Assembly: GCF_001194135.2 (NCBI RefSeq)
Contig: NC_068989.1
Location: 35,222,329-35,285,163 of the forward strand
From: Octopus bimaculoides
Lineage: Eukaryota
Direction: 5' to 3'
DNA length: 62,835 nt
In this document: piece after piece, positions 61,737 through 62,835 of the stretch
Layout: each line of letters begins with the position of its first letter
Numbering within the stretch: position 1 is the first letter of the stretch
Notes under the pieces: generated by a model
Told to the model about the DNA's origin: nothing
The model's input: only the letters and a program-made list of their open reading frames with translations
The model's database searches: none
Made by a program: the position numbers and the translations under genes

Positions 61737-62835
61737 GTGAGAAAACTTCATTTACATTTCTATCTTTTGTATATGAAAGCCTAAATAGAAAGGCTTCCAA
61801 CCTTTGAAGCTCTCTGTTGCAGGAAGCTAATGAGAAAGATTCTGTTCATATTGTAACTGTTAACCTTTTTGTAAATCAACAAAGTAAAGTGACAAGGTAT
61901 ATTAAAAGCATATATACTTTAAGATAGATAAAGCAAAAATAAAGATGTCTTTATGTTATAATAGCCAATGTAAATTTTGGTTGATGCTCCAGTCATGCTT
62001 TATATTATATATATATATAGCTAGATAGATAGACAGACAGATTAACAAAGACAAACAGAGAGAGTGACAAGCGGTCCAGAATAAGTGCACATAGTAGGTT
62101 TGGTGGCATGCAATGAGTAAATGAATGCTACACACACATACAAACACACACAGAGGAACATACACATAGTGAGAGAGAAAGAATCATAAAGACAGAAGAA
62201 ATGAAATTTTGCAGAAACATGTTTTTGATGGAGTAGATTGTGATTATGCTGATAATAATTTGAAAAATAATAACATATTTATTGCATGTATGCTAATGAG
62301 AAGTTTGTTTTATCCAATTCTATATGAAAGTTATAAATATTTTTCTTTGGAAAATTAGTATTTGCTTTATCATTTTGTATAAGCACCAAGAAATTTGATA
62401 AAAATTTTAATTATAATTATTTTGTGTATACCATATTTCCTATAGCAAAAGTATACTTCCAGCATTATCCATCATGTGACAGGTAACATTCTAGTACAAA
62501 ATAAAGTAAAATATCCGTATATATATAAGGCAGGATGTGTGTGTGTATACGTGATTGTACTTTATGCACGTCCACAAATTAGCACGCATGTCGCTCCAAT
62601 TTTAGGAGGAGATTCGGAATGACCCTATCTGCATTTTCGTCAACTTTTTCTCTCAGCGGCACCCGCGTATACCTGTAAAAATCGATAAACTTTTACCAAT
62701 TTTGAAGTTTGTTGACATGGTGAAGTCAAATCTGTGCATACACACGTGAAGGAGAGAGAGAGAGAGAGAAAAAGAAAGAAAGAAATAGTGTGTTTGTGAC
62801 AAGGGGAGATACAGAGTGTTTGCTAGCATCTAACA

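Noticed and set aside
714-62165. Many ORFs of [12 protein letters not shown], poly-N, poly-D, poly-I or poly-L type
   Set aside because: They are translations of di-, tri- and tetranucleotide microsatellites, not genes.
1-62835. CRISPR array, rRNA, true tRNA genes or prokaryotic operons
   Set aside because: None seen. tRNA-like A/B boxes belong to SINE heads without a complete cloverleaf, and FGGY has GT-AG introns so it is not bacterial contamination.
62515-62835. CpG-containing repeat-like sequence at the window end, possibly a Helitron-type 5' end
   Set aside because: Truncated by the window edge; no diagnostic 3' hairpin/CTRR visible.

Overview
AT-rich, microsatellite-dense animal genomic DNA from a gapped draft assembly (7 N-runs). 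The repeat landscape (TTAGGG telomere motif, very dense tRNA-type SINEs, AT/AC/AAT microsatellites) suggests a coleoid cephalopod such as Octopus; this is inference only. Three host genes lie on the + strand. (1) The last four coding exons of an ADAMTS6/10-like gene (three TSP1 repeats + PLAC, stop at 13648). (2) A single-coding-exon secreted or GPI-type leucine-rich-repeat protein (31806/31842-33485). (3) The first three coding exons of an FGGY carbohydrate kinase (54872-61736, continuing beyond the window). The rest is transposon debris: three Ty3/gypsy remnants with LTRs, Tc1/mariner elements, piggyBac-type and 8-bp-TSD MITEs, restriction-like-endonuclease (RLE) LINE 3' ends, Penelope-like fragments and at least four SINE-like families. 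Most notable hidden structures: (a) at least four unrelated short repeats each carrying a minimal type-I hammerhead ribozyme fold with a self-complementary stem III, all in or beside fold-back DNA; (b) a 592-bp palindromic MITE with a perfect 8-bp TSD and an outward-facing telomeric palindrome (AACCCT)6(AGGGTT)4 at its core; (c) an LTR followed by a decayed tandem array of tRNA-Ser-type primer-binding sites. All calls were made by eye; no database search or folding program was run, and many repeat boundaries are approximate (+/-20-50 bp).
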